Shown here piece by piece: positions 60,940 through 64,000 of a DNA stretch of 64,000 bases (its first letter is position 1; every line of letters starts with the position of its first letter). Source of the stretch: the human T2T-CHM13v2.0 reference genome, Homo sapiens; the NCBI RefSeq assembly GCF_009914755.1, contig NC_060936.1; one strand, 5' to 3'. Below the pieces are notes generated by a model. It searched no databases and was not told the DNA's origin. It saw only the letters and a list, made by a program, of their open reading frames with translations. Position numbers and translations under genes: made by a program.

Positions 60940-62531
60940 ACAGGATTGATAAACCTACTACATGTTAGCACAAATAGCACATTTTGTGGGGAGTTATACT
61001 GTCTTTTCCAAAATATGCAAAATAATTTAATGAAAAGATTGGCATTGCCTTACAGATTTACAAATCTCTTTAATGCTTAACAATAAAAGGATAGGTGGGT
61101 GGTATGTTTAGGCTTTGTGTCCCCACCCAAATCTCATCTTGAATTGTAATCCCCATAATCCACATAATCCCCATGTGTCAAGGGAGAGACCAGGTGGAGG
61201 TAACTGAATCATAGAGGTGGTTTCCCCCATGCTGCTCTCTGATAGTGAGTGAGTTCTCATGAGATCTGATGTCTTTACAGGTCTTTGGTACTTCCTCCTG
61301 CATTCATTCTCCTTCCTGCTGCCCTGTGAAGAAGGTGCCTTGCTTCACCTTTGCCTTCTACTATGACTGTAAGTTTCCTGAAGCCTCGCCAGACATGCTG
61401 AACTGTGAGTCAATTAAACCTCTTTCCTTTATAAAATACCCAGTCTCAGGCAGTTATTTATGGCAGTATACAATTGACTAATAGTGTGCCACTACATTAA
61501 TTGGTTGAAAAATGTTGTTTTGGTAAAAAAGGAAAAGGTCTTCACACAAAAATGTACTTGGAAAAGAGGATTATTTTAATAGGTTTTTCAGCTAATTGAA
61601 ACTATTCATTTTTTATGAAGTCAAGCCTTGAATATTTGTAATTTTTTGAAGGTTAGCCGTTACATAGAATCTAAAATATCAATAAGCTTTGATACTCACT
61701 TGTTAGATTAAAATTCAATGCTCTATCTTGCAGTGCAAATGGATTTTTGATGCATGCATGAATTTGTAACGTTAGGCATGAATATTTGGAAAATGTGGGT
61801 TATGTAGATCTTTCAAATGATAATAGACATTATATGATATTTTAACATCGCATTCCTTAATATCATCGCTGATCCCATCAAGTAAGTTTTCAAGTATTGG
61901 CAAGTTGTCACAATCACAGTGGTGGTACCATTGTTCTAGAATTCTAATTTTTGTTAAAAGCTCAGATTTTGTCAATGATTACACATACTCTCAGTTGTTC
62001 AAAGTGCAAAGCTAACTTGATTCATTTTTTAGAAAATATCTTCCAAAAATTCAAATCTGAATAACCATAGTTGATCAACCATTTGTTCTTTTAAGTACAA
62101 ATGATCTTTCTTGGGTGGAAAGAGAGCCCTTAGTTCAGCTTTTAACTCAATCACATAAGTGCTTTTCTTTCAGGCAGCCCTGTTACTCTGGTATGCACTA
62201 ATACTTCCAATTTCATCACACAAAATTGAAAAAGCACGTACTTAAGGGTAAATTTTAATACAAATAAAATTATTATGTTTCAATCAGGGATATTTTTTAT
62301 TGAAGCCACCGTGTGGATACCTGGCAGTGAAGAATGTAATGGCTAGCAATATAGTTTTGTGCCACTACTTTGATTCATGCTAAGGTACAAGCCTATCATT
62401 ACTTTTTTTTACTGTCAATGAAAAATTGTACAGTGTCTCAATAGTGCTAAAAAAATAGCTTTGACTCAGTGACTTCTCTAAAAGGGTCTTTGGAACTGCA
62501 TAGTTCTGTGAACCACACGTTAAAAACTGCT
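60940..62531 (-). mobile_element. Charlie1a hAT transposon relic
   Basis: caaatctctttaatg...aggttagc; transposase-like ORF 61772..61975; end gaaccacacgttaaaaactgct. Confidence 0.8.
61100..61483 (+). mobile_element. THE1D-type solo LTR inserted in Charlie1a
   Basis: tgtgtccccacccaaatctcatcttgaattgtaatcccc...gactaata. Confidence 0.85.
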
Positions 62532-62895
62532 TTCCTAAGTGTTTCCGAATTTTAGCATAAGTGCGAGACAACATAAATGTAAGAAACTTACAATAATCAT
62601 AATTACAATAACTAGGTTAATGCAAAAAACAATTGAAAAGTCATATATTCAAGACAAAATTCAATTAAATAGTAAATATTTTCAGATGAAATGCTATAAC
62701 CTGCATGCAAAGTCTTCTAAACCTTAGCCAAGGTTTAGATGGTTTATAGAGTTATACTCAGTTACTGACAGATCTAAAATGAACTTCTTCCTGTGATGAC
62801 ATACTGTTTTGGCAATAACAGGAGTCTTGACAATTTTTGAATCTGTATGTCTAACCTGGATACTCCTACTCATATCTAGAGTTACATAGCTTTCT

Positions 62896-63260
62896 GTAGT
62901 TATGAGATATACATATATACACATATATACATATATGTATATACATATATATATACACATATATACATATATGTATATACATATATATATACACATATAT
63001 GTTTTTGTCTACAGTCCCTGGTTTATAACTTTCATATCACTTGTTATAAACTTTTGTTATAATGGGGGATATTTTAGGCCTTGGAACAGTCCTCAGGAAA
63101 CAGAATCTGTCCAATCTTCTTCTGCCCTCCTTTTACCTGCCCCAGTCCTCCCCCACCTTTCTGATTGTGGGGCTTAAGACCCTCACCAAAGAGGGCCTTG
63201 CCCAATACCCTGGGCGCAATAATGCTGATGTTATAAAGCTTCCATAAAACTCCAACAGGA
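62896..63260 (+). mobile_element. MER77/MER21-group ERVL LTR fragment
   Basis: cttgttataaacttttgttataatg...cctcaggaaacagaatct...ctgattgtggggcttaagaccctca. Confidence 0.55.
62906..63001. repeat. AT-rich compound repeat with ~36-bp period
   Basis: tatacacatatatacatatatgtatatacatatata repeated about 2.5 times. Confidence 0.9.
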
Positions 63261-63429
63261 CTTTTATTTATTTCTCTCAAAAGTTTTACCTAAGAATATA
63301 TCCTGTGTATTGGATTCTGCTATATCTATCAGGAATCCTAAGCACACTGATGGGTAACTAGAAAGATAAATGATAAGAAAATTCACAGGGCTCAAATACT
63401 AAGAAAATAGAGAGTACATGTGATTCATA

Positions 63430-63600
63430 CACCATGAAGAACAAGAGCTTTCAACTTGGACACATCTTAGTCTGATACTTATTCTGTCACATAATATAGT
63501 AAACCTCTTAGCAATTTAAGCCTTTCTAAGAACTACTTTATTAACTTGTAAAATAGAGCTAATATCTACCAACATAGCTTATTGAATATTAAATAAAATA
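63430..63600 (+). mobile_element. MIR
   Basis: aagagcttt...cttagcaatttaagcctttctaag...tgtaaaatagagctaata. Confidence 0.55.
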
Positions 63601-64000
63601 TATATACATATGTTTAAAAATAATATATAACTAATACTGATTATGTATTAATTATGTACTAATCCATATTAATTATATGGTATATGTTATGTTACACCAT
63701 GTCATATCATATCATACATTATATCATACTATATATTGAAAACTGCCCATCATATTGTATTTATGAAAAGTATGTAAATACTCAAAAATAATCACAATTT
63801 TATAGTTGAAATATGCATATGAAATCAGCTACAGTTTGAATGTAGGCTTACTACTATAGATTAGCTAACAACAGAACTAACAGTTTCCAGATCAAATAAT
63901 GCAAATTATTAATTAAATGTTCAATTACTGATTGTGATAGAAACCACAGCTGAGTAATTATAAGTATTTGTAACATGTAAATAATTTTCAGCATATTTTT

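Noticed and set aside
62724-63177. YIHIYTYM-repeat ORFs
   Set aside because: Translation of an AT-rich tandem repeat.

Overview
AT-rich, repeat-dense primate (catarrhine/human-like, since AluY is present) intergenic or deep-intronic DNA. I see no recognisable cellular protein-coding gene, tRNA or rRNA gene, or CpG island. Most long ORFs in the track are decayed L1, THE1, Alu or Charlie reading frames or microsatellites; the rest are short, unassigned ORFs. More than half the window is transposon-derived. Main elements: a 5'-intact but 3'-deleted ~6.5 kb L1PA15/16-type LINE, a full-length THE1A provirus with 5-bp TSD, a truncated THE1D, solo LTRs (LTR8, MLT1A/C/K, MSTA, MER34, LTR27/28, LTR10, THE1D, MER77-like), 13 Alus plus a FLAM, Tigger3b, Charlie1a, MER20, MADE1, and L2/MIR/L3 relics. 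Family names are from my recall of consensus sequences, not from a search. I find no convincing new biological system. The best leads are an apparent ancient L1 3' transduction with TSDs (58.8-59.4 kb), two solo LTRs with abutting TSDs inside a Tigger3b (one with a near-consensus p53 element), a de novo G4/GC-box insertion in an old L1, an AluY with an odd mutation spectrum, and several speculative splice-site-flanked exon candidates.
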